A DNA stretch of 64,000 nucleotides from Proteromonas lacertae (Eukaryota), in contig NGBS01000297.1 of NCBI GenBank assembly GCA_002245135.1, positions 62,001 through 126,000 of the forward strand, read 5' to 3'. Shown one piece after another: positions 1-12,484 of this stretch. The translations under genes were made by a program, and so were the position numbers. The notes below the pieces were generated by a model. It did no database searches. It was not told the origin of the DNA and saw nothing but the letters and a program-made list of their open reading frames with translations. Position 1 is the stretch's first letter. Every line of letters starts with the position of its first letter.

Positions 1-2019
1 AGTTAAATCTTAGTAAAGACTGTTATGGTGGTAGTGATATAAAAGAATATTATCATTCATTAACAAAATTTAAAAACCTAAAGAGTATAAAACTAGCTTC
101 GTGCTTTATTCAATACAAAAATAGTTTTGATTATCTGTCATCAACTTTCCCATTCTATAACCTTGAAATACTTGATTTAAGAGGTATAATGATGTTATAT
201 TAATAATTAAATGAATAGATAATTTGTTAGGTGATAATGGAATAATCAGTATTGCTAATCATACGAATGATTTATTATCATTAAAAACTCTATTATTAGA
301 TGGTAATAAGATTAGCAATGAAGGAATGAAGAAATGGAAAGATCATTTAAACCAGTTGCAATATCTTGAAGTATTGAGTCTTAGCCATAATAATATAACA
401 ACCAAAGGTTTAAAAATAATCGAGAATGATTTAAAATCTCTTGATAGACTCATAGATCTTGATTTTTCCTGTATATATATTGTTAATATATCTTATATTA
501 TATTCGCTTTTAGACAATGATTTATCTGATGACGAAGCTTTTTATGTATTAGATGGTATTTTTAAATCATTACCATATCTACACAGAGTTAATATTAATC
601 GTATTGTCTTCTTTTCCATTTATCATATTAAATAGATATATTTCCTAATAAGAACAATTCTAATCTCTTGAATGACGATGAGAATAATGTAATAGGTTTA
701 AACACTGTAGAAATATCTCAAAGCTTTTATAATTCTTTATTAAAAGTAGATTGTTTTAATCTTTCAGGAAATCAATTAAAATCTTCTTTAATATTTGTGA
801 TTTTTTATAATAATCGTCAGTTAATAAACAGCATCAGAGAATTAGATTTAAGTAATAACTTTATAGGTGATAATCCATCAGAATTTGCCGATTTGTTAGA
901 AAAACTAGCTAATCTAAGCAGTTTGAATTTGAGTAATAATGGAATAACTGAGGAAGGAATAAGAGAATTATCAGATTGCTTTCCACCACTTGTATATCTA
1001 GATTTGTCAAAGAATGCAATAAAAGATACTGGTTTGATGATTCTATGCAAGAATACAGATTTATTTTCTTCTTTGCTTCATTTAGATTTGTCTAATAATA
1101 ATCTTACTGATAGATCAATGAGTTATCTATTTAATTCGGCATTATTCTTAACATCTCTTAACTTAAACTGTATAACAATTATATATAACTTTATAGTTAA
1201 TAGTATTCTGCTCTATTATGAAGAGGTTGCTGATCAATTGAGTAATTTGAGTAATTTGAAAGAATTATCGATTGGCTGTAAAAATATAATCATTAATATT
1301 ATATTTTAGGTAATCCAATTTCAAATGACAGAATATTAAAGTCTCTTACAAATCTCCAGGAATTGAATATTAGAGGAACAAATATAAATAATAGTGATAA
1401 TACAGGCTGTATAAGATCTTTTATTTTTTTACTCTTATTTAGTCTTGTATAATCAAAATACTGAATTGATACATTTAAATGAGTATATTTCAAATCAAGG
1501 AAGAAAATTAGACATGGAAAGTATATTAATCTATTTTATTCTTTCGTAATATATAGAAAAGGGAATTGATTATAATAGGAGTATAATAATATCTAACAAT
1601 CTTGTTGGTCATTCATTTATTCGTGAGATGATTCTAGGAATGAATGATATCAATGATGATTCGTTAATAATACTATCAGAGGCAATACAATTCTTAAGTT
1701 ATTTGGAAGTGATTGATTTGAGCTACAATTGTATATCTGAATATGGATTTGTATATTTTGCATCAAAAATTAAATATTTGATGCATTTGAAAAAAATGGA
1801 CTTACGATGTATAATATTATTATTAATATACTGTAGTTAACAACGTAAAGAATCAAGATTATGTAGAATACATAAAGAAAGCGACAATGAATTTGACTTC
1901 ATTGAAAATAGAAACAAGTATATAAATAGTATAATTAGTTATACATAGATGAAAAGAAGTTTCTGAGAGATAGTATTGATAACAAAGAATCTAAAAAGAA
2001 GAGAAATGAAAAACGGTAA
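1..2019 (+). CDS. RNI-like leucine-rich repeat protein, multi-exon, 5' end outside window
   Basis: ORFs 224-520, 668-1309 and 1628-1840 carry repeated LxxLxLSxNxI(G/T)xxG motifs and are joined by ~30-45 nt GT-AG introns. The last exon ends ...KKRNEKR-TAA at 2017-2019. Confidence 0.85.
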
Positions 2020-2312
2020 ATGACTAATTGTACAATTATCTAGTTATTGTTTATTATCTGAAGATTGAGTTATTTCTAATTTTGTTTGTTTTCTTGTTTA
2101 CGATTATATTCAGTTTATAGAGTCATATTATATCCATTTCTAATTTTAAAAATTTTGTAACTAATTGTGATGTGGTAAAAAACCTTCTCATTTAAACAAA
2201 CATGTTTGACCATCAAAAATTAGTTTTATTTGATATCTCCTAGAATAAAGCTTATTTTACTTTAATATTTTGCTATAATCAAAATTAAATTATATTATAC
2301 CAGAATTATATT

Positions 2313-5300
2313 ATGAATAACAGCGAAAGTAACGATGAGTTCAATGAAAGCTTTGAAGGAGATGAGAAGTCTTCTGAAGGTGGTTCTAATATAAATAATA
2401 CAAATAAAAATAGTAATAATACATCTAGTAACTTTAGTGATGATTTTGCAGAAAAAAATGAATCAAAGGATTCAAACAATGAAAATAAAACAGAAACAGA
2501 TGATTTTGATGAAACTGAATTTGTTAATAGTATAGTTATGGAAAATCAATCGAGTGTGTTAATGGATGAAGAAGAAGAAGAAAACCACTATGATCCATAT
2601 ATTGAAGAAAGTAAGAAAGAAAAACAAACTGAAGAAGTTCCAACTGAAGAAGAAAAACCAGCTGAAGAACAACCCAAAGTAGAAGAAGATCAACCAACAG
2701 AAGAAACACCAATTGAAGAAGATCAACCCAAAGTAGAAGATGAAAAGCCAACTGAAGAAACACCAGTTGAAGAAGAAAAGCCAGTTGAAAAAGTTGAAGA
2801 AAATCAACCAACAGAAGAAACACCAGTTGAAGAAGATCAACCCAAAGTAGAAGATGAAAAACCAACTGAAGAAGAAAATCCAACTGAAGAAAAACCAGCT
2901 GAAGAGTTAAAAGATGATTTTGAAGAAGAAAAACCAACTGAAGAAAAACCAGTTGAAGAAGAAAAGCCAGTTGAAAAAGTTGAAGAAAATCAACCAACAG
3001 AAGAAACACCAATTGAAGAAGATCAACCCAAAGTAGAAGATGAAAAACCAACTGAAGAAGAAAATCCAACTGAAGAAGAAAATCCAACTGAAGAACAACC
3101 TTCATCTGAAGAATTGAAAGATGATTTTGAAGAAGAAAAACCAACTGAAGAAACACCAGTTGAAGAAGAAAAGCCAGTTGAAAAAGTTGAAGAAAATCAA
3201 CCAACAGAAGAACAACCCAAAGTAGAAGATGAAAAACCAACTGAAGAAGAAAATCCAACTGAAGAACAACCTTCATCTGAAGAATTGAAAGATGATTTTG
3301 AAGAAGAAAAACCAACTGAAGAAACACCAGTTGAAGAAGAAAAGCCAGTTGAAAAAGTTGAAGAAAATCAACCAACAGAAGAACAACCCAAAGTAGAAGA
3401 TGAAAAACCAACTGAAGAAGAAAATCCAACTGAAGAACAACCTTCATCTGAAGAATTGAAAGATGATTTTGAAGAAGAAAAACCAACTGAAGAAACACCA
3501 GTTGAAGAAGAAAAGCCAGTTGAAAAAGTTGAAGAAAATCAACCAACAGAAGAACAACCCAAAGTAGAAGATGAAAAACCAACTGAAGAAGAAAATCCAA
3601 CTGAAGAAAAACCAGCTGAAGAGTTAAAAGATGATTTTGAAGAAGAAAAACCAACTGAAGAAACACCAGTTGAAGAAGAAAAGCCAGTTGAAAAAGTTGA
3701 AGAAAATCAACCAACAGAAGAAACACCAATTGAAGAAGATCAACCCAAAGTAGAAGATGAAAAACCAACTGAAGAAGAAAATCCAACTGAAGAACAACCT
3801 TCATCTGAAGAATTGAAAGATGATTTTGAAGAAGAAAAACCAACTGAAGAAACACCAGTTGAAGAAGAAAAGCCAGTTGAAAAAGTTGAAGAAAATCAAC
3901 CAACAGAAGAACAACCCAAAGTAGAAGATGAAAAACCAACTGAAGAAGAAAATCCAACTGAAGAAAAACCAGCTGAAGAGTTAAAAGATGATTTTGAAGA
4001 AGAAAAACCAACTGAAGAAACACCAGTTGAAGAAGAAAAGCCAGTTGAAAAAGTTGAAGAAAATCAACCAACAGAAGAAACACCAATTGAAGAAGATCAA
4101 CCCAAAGTAGAAGATGAAAAACCAACTGAAGAAGAAAATCCAACTGAAGAAGAAAATCCAACTGAAGAACAACCTTCATCTGAAGAATTGAAAGATGATT
4201 TTGAAGAAGAAAAACCAACTGAAGAAACACCAGTTGAAGAAGAAAAGCCAGTTGAAAAAGTTGAAGAAAATCAACCAACAGAAGAAACACCAGTTGAAGA
4301 AGATCAACCCAAAGTAGAAGATGAAAAACCAACTGAAGAAGAAAATCCAACTGAAGAACAACCTTCATCTGAAGAATTGAAAGATGATTTTGAAGAAGAA
4401 AAACCAACTGAAGAAACACCAGTTGAAGAAGAAAAGCCAGTTGAAAAAGTTGAAGAAAATCAACCAACAGAAGAACAACCCAAAGTAGAAGATGAAAAAC
4501 CAACTGAAGAAGAAAATCCAACTGAAGAACAACCTTCATCTGAAGAATTGAAAGATGATTTTGAAGAAGAAAAACCAACTGAAGAAACACCAGTTGAAGA
4601 AGAAAAGCCAGTTGAAAAAGTTGAAGAAAATCAACCAACAGAAGAACAACCCAAAGTAGAAGATGAAAAACCAACTGAAGAAGAAAATCCAACTGAAGAA
4701 CAACCTTCATCTGAAGAATTGAAAGATGATTTTGAAGAAGAAAAACCAACTGAAGAAACACCAGTTGAAGAAGAAAAGCCAGTTGAAAAAGTTGAAGAAA
4801 ATCAACCAACAGAAGAACAACCCAAAGTAGAAGATGAAAAACCAACTGAAGAAGAAAATCCAACTGAAGAACAACCTTCATCTGAAGAATTGAAAGATGA
4901 TTTTGAAGAAGAAAAACCAGCTGAAGAAACACCAGTTGAAGAAGAAAAGCCAGCAGAAGAACAACCCAGAGTAGAAGAAGAAAAACAACCTTCTGAAGAG
5001 TTAAAAGATGATTTTGAAGAAGAAAAACCAGCTGAAGAAACACCAGTTGAAGAAGAAACACCAACTGAAGAAGAAACACCAGTTGAAGAAGAAAAACCAG
5101 CTGAAGAAGCACCTGTTGGAGAAGATCAACCAACAGAAGAACAACCCAAAGTAGAAGATGAAAAACCAACTGAAGAAGAAAATCCAACTGAAGAACAACC
5201 TTCATCTGAAGAATTGAAAGATGATTTTGAAGAAGAAAAACCAACTGAAGAAACACCAGTTGAAGAAGAAAAGCCAGTTGAAAAAGTTGAAGAAGAACAA

Positions 5301-7782
5301 CCAACAGAAGATCAACCCAGAGTAGAAGAAGAAAAACAACCTTCTGAAGAGTTAAAAGATGATTTTGAAGAAGAACAAAAACCGATAGTCAAAGAAGAAC
5401 AAGAGTCAACTGAAGAAGTACCTAAGATTGAAGAAGATGAAGAGCCAAAAATTAAAGAAGAAGAAAAATCTGTTGAAAATCCACCAAAAGACGAAGAACT
5501 TAATAAAGAACAATCATCAACCGATAAAGATGAATTTTCAGACTCTTTTGAAGCAAAATCAAAAGAATTAGAAGATAATAAAGAAAATCAACAAAAAGAA
5601 GATGAATCAAACAACGAAATAAACAAAAATGAAATAGAAGAAACAGAAGATACATCTAAAAAACCAACAACAAATCAGAATAGACCATCATGTCAACCAC
5701 CATTACATCCTCTTACTAATAATCCATCTTTAAAACCACAAACACCTCCAAGGTCAAAATCATCACTAAATAGATATTCTAGACCAATGAATAAACATAA
5801 AATATTAACACAACCAATCATTTTACATCCTCCAAAGAATAATCAACCACTTAAGCCATTGAAAGAAGATACTCAAAATAAACAACAACAACAACAATCT
5901 TTGAATAATAGAAATAATATAAGGAATAGACCAGTTCAGAATAAAGCTAGATCTGTTTCTACACCATCAAAATTAGCTAGTGATAATAATAATCATCATT
6001 CACCGTATAATGCACTAAAATCAATTCGTGATGATAATAATGAAAATGAAAATGAGAATAAATCACTTACAACTAATGAATTAATAAATGACAGTAAAAA
6101 TATAATTAATAAGAATGGAGAAGGAATGAAAAGAATTGCTAATAAACCAATACAGAATAAAGAAGAAGAACCAAATACTAAAAAAATACAACCACAGCCT
6201 AAGACAATATCAAGAAAAACAATATCAAATGTAAGATCTCAATCTCAACCAAAAAGTAATACAACTGCAAGAAGAAGATCAATATGTGATATTGGTAATA
6301 GAACAATTGATAAACGAACTGCAACTGATTTAGTAAAAGCATTAACTGATGATGGGACATTATTACTAGAAGATATTGAATTATTAATAAAAACTAAGAA
6401 TAGTTATCCAACATATTCAAAGAATGGTAAAGATAATAGTAAAAATGATCAAATTATAATGAAATGTGGTAATTGTAATGTATATATATATATATATATT
6501 ATATGTTAGAATCGACCAGCTACAATGAAATGTGCAGATTGTCATAATATATATTGTGTTTTATGTGAACATATTATTCATTTACATCCAAAAATGAAAT
6601 GTCATAGAAGATCTCCTTTTGAACCAAGTAATAATATATTATTATATATATATATTTATACTTCAATAGAATGTCGTGAAACTAATTTATCACCTCAATT
6701 ATACCCTCCAATGTTCTTAAAGCCAAAACCTCCAGCACAAAAAATGAAATCATTCACGAACTCAATATCAAATCCCATACAAGCCGCTTGATCCTGATGA
6801 AGATTTCACAACAAGAATAACATGTCAAGAGATTGGAGCGTATTAATTATTATTATATTGTTTATATGTCAATAGAGTATTTCCAGATGCACCACCAGTT
6901 GAAAAACTCAATAAAGAAAAAGCAAGAAGAATCTATCATCGTGATATGACTAGTAGTTTACCAAAGAAACATGAAAAGAAAAATACAGCTGTATTATTGT
7001 ATTACAAAGCACCGGAAAAATCCCCAGAAAGACCTCAAAGTGCAGTTACTGGTAGTAGTAGAAATAGATCATCATCTACAAATAATGTAAGAACAAGACC
7101 ACAAACAGCAGTAGTATATAGAACAACAAAGCCAACTGATTTCCTATCTCCAAAACCAAAGAATGAATATAGAATGAGGAAATTAAAAGGATTAGATTGT
7201 GCATTTGATTCCTCTATTGGTTCAATTGATTGGAAACAATCTACACTATATGAAATGAAATATGATAAAGTTTATAATGAAGATAATAAGTATTTACATC
7301 CTGATATACAAGTATTATATTATCTAAATTCAAAATATGATAATATGAAAGATTGTTTTCATAGAGCCTGTAAAATATTAAACAAAATTTGGAATGATTT
7401 GTATCTACCTATTGATTATAGAGATAAGTATTTCAACACTTATATGAATACTTTATTATTTGATAATTATTGTGAGATTCTACAAGAGATTAACTTTATG
7501 AAAGATTGTAGACAATTGATACTTGATACACTGTTTATGTATAAGAAAGCTAAGAAGGAGAAACAACATGAAAAGGATGAAAAAGACAAAGAAAAAGAAT
7601 TTGATGATGATGAATTTGAAAAAGAAGAAGAAAATGATGATGGTAACAACTCAGTATATGAAAGTGATGGTAATTTATATAAATCCAAAGAATTCATGGA
7701 TAAAATACAAGCAATAAAGAACAATTTACCATGGTTGAAAAGTTTTATGATAGATGGTAATAATTATTATGACTATCTATAA
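2313..7782 (+). CDS. Large acidic protein: Glu/Pro tandem-repeat array, low-complexity linker, B-box zinc finger, C-terminal helical domain
   Basis: ORF 2313-6509 spliced at intron 6480-6509 gives CGNCNNRPATMKCADCHNIYCVLCEHIIHLHPKMKCHRR (B-box pattern). Further introns at 6628-6669 and ~6840-6875 plus one apparent +1 error near 6776 link it to ORF 6946-7782. Confidence 0.75.
2640..5375 (+). repeat. Coding tandem repeat, core unit 171 bp / 57 aa (EELKDDFEEEKPTEETPVEEEKPVEKVEENQPTEEQPKVEDEKPTEEENPTEEQPSS), 15 LKDDF-marked units with length variants
   Basis: Near-identical DNA repeats are directly visible; I count 15 LKDDF motifs in the translation. Confidence 0.95.
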
Positions 7783-7891
7783 ATTAAATAGTATTGTTTA
7801 TCAATTTTGTACATTTGAGAAGAAAAGAGGTGAAAATAAAAATACACTCAAATACATTCGAGCCAAGCTAAAGAATTGTTTTTTAAATCCT

Positions 7892-8411
7892 ATGAATAGC
7901 GAGTTTAGATCAGCAGTAGCACCTTATATTAAAAAGCTAACATTAACACATCAGCAGCGTGTTACTAGACTATACCGTCACTCATTAAAGACACTATTAG
8001 ACTGGACTTGGGATAGAGACATATTCATTCAAGAAGCTACTAAGATTCGTGCTATATTCCGAAAGAATGCTTCATTAGACCCAACTTCATTGTATTTTAT
8101 TCAATTTTATGAAAATGTAGAGAAGCAAAGAATGCTCTTGAACATGGCGAAAAAACTTTGGCAGATTATGCATATCCAGAGCCATATGTCTGTATATTAT
8201 TTTCATTTATTCATGTTTTAGTACCTTGGTATCCAGGAGGTGCTACCTTCATGAGAAATGCACCACAACCATTAGAATTAGCCTTCCACATGGAGTACCA
8301 AAAGATTTGAAAGAATCTATCGTTCCTGTTCACCCGGATCAAGTTCCATACAACTGGAGACCAACCGATGAACCAATTTATATCGATTTTAAGGAAAGAA
8401 AGATGATCTAA
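7892..8411 (+). CDS. NDUFB9: NADH:ubiquinone oxidoreductase subunit B9 (B22, LYR family)
   Basis: THQQRVTRLYRHSLKTLLDW...AYPEPYV/VPWYPGGATFMRNAP after two short introns. One apparent missing base near 8286. Confidence 0.85.
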
Positions 8412-8583
8412 TGTATTTTAATATTATATTATTGTTATTAAATGTATATTGAGGGATATTTCTAATATTTTTAAAATTTTGTCAAGCTTTTAGTTTGTTA
8501 GACAGTTTGAATTTTTTTATTCTTTCATTACACATCATTAGTAAAATAGAAAGTAATAGAAAATTATAAATTAATATTGTGCA

Positions 8584-10941
8584 ATGAGTTCTCCTGTATT
8601 TTATAATTCTTAATTTCTTGTACATTAGAAAAAATCAACTACCGATACTGCCAAATCACTGCAAGAGGAGTTTGGTGATGAATATACTTTTCAGCCTGCA
8701 TTGACTAAAACCGCAAGATCTCTAAGCAAAGTATTGTGACAAATTTATACCTTTTTTCATAGAAAAAAGTATGTTGAATTACAGAAGAAAATAGAAGAGA
8801 AAAAGAAAGAGAGGAAGAAGAAAATATTGGAGGAAATGAATGAGGAATGTTTGTTTAGACCAAGGATCAACAAAGACGATAGAGCATCAGCCTCAATTTA
8901 CATTGACCCTAATAAATCACGATTTGAAGTGTTGTATGAACAAGCAGCAGCAAAGAAAGAATCAGAAAGAAGAAGAGAAGCAATGAATGAAATGTATATC
9001 TTATCTTTATTTTTTGTATATACATATGAATAGAGAAAGTGATTTTAAACCAAAAATCAATTCATACAATAAACCACGTAGTTTATCAATGCAAAAAAGA
9101 ATAGCAATGAAATTCAAAGAAGATAAAGCAATCCATGAAAAACTGGTAGAAAAATTGAAATATGATCGAACTTCAAGGCAAAGAAAAAGAGAAGAAGAAT
9201 ATAGAGAATGCACTTTTCAACCAAATGTGTCATCAGATGGACCAGCGAAGAAAGTTGGCCGTTCTGTATATATTATTATTGATATTATTATGTATAGAAA
9301 TCTACATGTTTAACATTATACAAAAAAGCAAAAATAAAACAAAGACAACAAGCGGAAGAAGAAATGATACGAATGAATACCAAAATAGTAAATACATTGA
9401 CTATTACAAAAATGGCAAGTACAGCAAAACCAGTATATAATATATATATATATATAATAAATATAGAGAGTATATGATCCAGTAAGAGTAAAAACACCAG
9501 ATCCAACAATAGAAAAAGCATTTCACAAAGAAGAGACGTTTAAACCAGAATTATTATCATCAAACCATAGTAAGAATATAAAAGGAAGTGAAAAAAGAAG
9601 AAAGAAAATATTAGGAAAAGATAAAAAAGTGTCTGTGTATGAATATTTATATAAAGATGGCCAAAATCTACAAGCAACTCGAGAAAAAGTGATGGAAGAA
9701 GCAAAAATAAAGAGTCGAGAAGAAGCTAAACCAATGCCAATAAAGACGAAGAAAGTAAAAACAAAATATGAAGGAGATTTCCTTGAAAGACAAAAGATAT
9801 ATGAAGAAGAACATGCGCAAAACCAGAAACAAGTCGAAAATAAATACAAAGAAGAAGTATTACAAGAATTTACATTTAAGCCAAGAATAAATACAGATAC
9901 ATCACAAAGAGAAGGTGGTAGTTATTATACAGGTACAAAAGATGATAAATTTAAGAGATTATATGAACAAGCTAAAGAGAAAGAAGAAAAGTTGAATAAA
10001 GCAAGAGAAATCAAGAAAGATAGTGAATTAAAAGGATGTACATTCAAACCATCAACAAATCAAAGAGAAGGTGGAATAGGAACAGCGTATAATAATAATT
10101 ATTATTAATATATTGAAAATAGAGATACAAATCAAAGAGTTTTTGATCGTTTATATTATGTATAATTATTCTGTTTTTATGTATACATTAATAGTATGAA
10201 CCAGATTCATCCAATAAACAGCGAATAATTAATGATAGTATGAAAGAATGTACATTTACTCCAACAATAAATAAGAAAAGAAATAGCAATGAATCATTTT
10301 CTCCATACAGTAATCGTATTAATATATTGATTGTATAATATATTAATAAATTAGACTCTTATAATGCTACTCCAAGTTCAGCAAGATCATCTCGAAAACC
10401 ACATAAAATAATAAGTCCAATTTATAATGATGATGATTCAAACAGTGAAAGTGAAAATTATCGATCAAATATGAAAGCTGAATCTCCATTAAAAGCAACG
10501 TATGTAAATAATAATGATAATAGCGAAAGTGAAAGTGGTAGTAGAAGTATCAGTCCAATAGAAAGAAGTGAAAGTGAGAGAGAAAATTCCACAGAAAATT
10601 CAAGTGAAATTAAGAGAAAACCAATTCAGACTTATAATAGTGATGAATCAGAAAGTGAAGATGAAGAAAATAACATAAAGAATAGTGTATATAGTGAGAA
10701 TCCAAAGAAAATGTTAAAAATGCCAAAAGCTCCAAGTTTAGAAGATGAAGAAGAAATAATAATCCCAATAGCCAATAATAAAAATGGTAATAGTTCGTCA
10801 TCTGATAGTAATAGTGAAGTGAGTAGTACGCGAAGTAGTATTCGAAGTAGTCGAAGTAATAGCGGTAATGAGTCAGTAAATAACAGTGAGAATGAAGAGA
10901 ACTACGTAATCAATGAAGATAGTAATGAAATAACCATTTAA
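8584..10941 (+). CDS. Uncharacterised protein with repeated E-C-T-F-x-P-x-I-N and F-x-x-L-Y motifs and a Ser/Glu-rich tail
   Basis: Spliced exons give EYTFQP, ECLFRPRIN, SDFKPKIN, ECTFQPNV, ETFKPEL, EFTFKPRIN, GCTFKPSTN and ECTFTPTIN. Stop at 10939-10941. Confidence 0.7.
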
Positions 10942-11074
10942 ATGAATAACTATTTGTTTTAAATGTTTATTGGGTGTTTATTTACATAGAATTTAAAGAA
11001 TTTTCTCCTCATTCATTTCATTAAGATCAAGAGAATTGAAAGAGATAGTATAATTTCATATTTTGTATTTTTAG

Positions 11075-12390
11075 ATAATAAACTAACATATAAAAGTATA
11101 GAAACATTGATTAATAATTTATCCTTGTTTTCAAATCTTAGAGATATTCGATTACATGGAAATGAGATAGGAAATGAAGGAATGAAAATATTATCCCCAC
11201 ATTTACATTTATTAAATCATTGGAATGATATTGATTGTTCAAGTATTATTTTGATTATAATATTATAATAGAAATGGGATTATCTTCAACTGGATTGAAA
11301 TATTTATTAGATGGTTTAAAGAATATTCATGAAAAGATACAGTTTGATATTAGTAATAATAATGCAGATTCAGACGGAATAGAATGTTTGATGAATTATA
11401 TTAAAGATAATAAAAACATAGAAAAGCTTTACATCCACAGTATATTCTTTAATATATATGTTTAATAGATAATCCAATTGGTAATAATGGATTTAAAATG
11501 TTAATAGACAATTTAAACATGTTAATACATTATCATGATATTGATTTGAATAATATCTCTATAGGTGATGAAAGTTTATCATTATTATCAAGTAAAAAAC
11601 CTTTCATTCATAATTGTAGAGTAATAAATTTAAATGGAAATAATATCAGAATGAAAGGATTAAAAACATTGTGTTCAAAAGCATTAGATAATGAAGAATA
11701 TCCATTTATAAAAATGAATAATCAATCATGGACAAATGAAGAAGTAGAATATTATTTGGATTATTGTAGCAAGAAGAAGGGATATAAATATGATTTATCA
11801 AGTATTATATTAATATATTTTTGAAATAGATATAAATGTGAATGATTCTCATATTTCATTGATTAAACTAATTCATTATCAAAAACTTGATTTATCCAAT
11901 AACAAAATCACTTCTAAAGGATTAAAACGTTTAGCAGATTCTTTACCTAAAGATGCAGAACATATTTCTATAGAAAATAATCCAATTGGAGATAAAGGAA
12001 TAGAGATAATATGTAAATATTTTAATATATTTGTTGATGAATTGTCACTAAATCTTTCAAGTATTTTGTGATTGTATAATTTGAATAGATATTAAAATGA
12101 GCGAAAAAGGATTAAAAGTGTTAATAGAAAGATTAAAATATTATCAACCATTAAGAAAGATAGATTTATCAAGAAATGAATTAGATGAAAGTGAATTAAT
12201 ATTAATGAAAAAGAATGAAGAAGTATTTGATTGTTTACATGAATTATTAATAACAGTAAAAGAAGATATAGATAAATCAGAATTAAAATCATTTTTAGAA
12301 ACATTCTCAACAATTAGAATAATTAAACTAAATGGAATTTCAGAAGAAGAAAAGAAAGAACTATCAAAAGAATTTATCAATATTGAATGA
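11075..12390 (+). CDS. Leucine-rich repeat protein (RNI-like), start not resolved (probably ~10960-11050)
   Basis: LRR motifs (IRLHGNEIGNEGMK, LDLSNNKITSKGLK, IENNPIGDKG, IDLSRNEL) in exons separated by GT-AG introns. Confidence 0.7.
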
Positions 12391-12484
12391 TTTACTAATT
12401 CTACATTTATTATTTTGTAATGTCTTTTGTTTCATTCAATAATAATAATAAAGAAATGAATTATTTAATATCATCAACTATTTA

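Noticed and set aside
2536..5304. 922-aa Leu/Gln/Val/Phe-rich antisense ORF and several Phe/Trp-rich small ORFs
   Set aside because: These are shadows of the GAA-rich coding repeat on the opposite strand, with no independent coding signal.
2640..5375. Repeat arrays (also 20590-20817) as CRISPR or mobile-element repeats
   Set aside because: They are in-frame protein-coding repeats without unique spacers, cas genes, terminal repeats or transposase.
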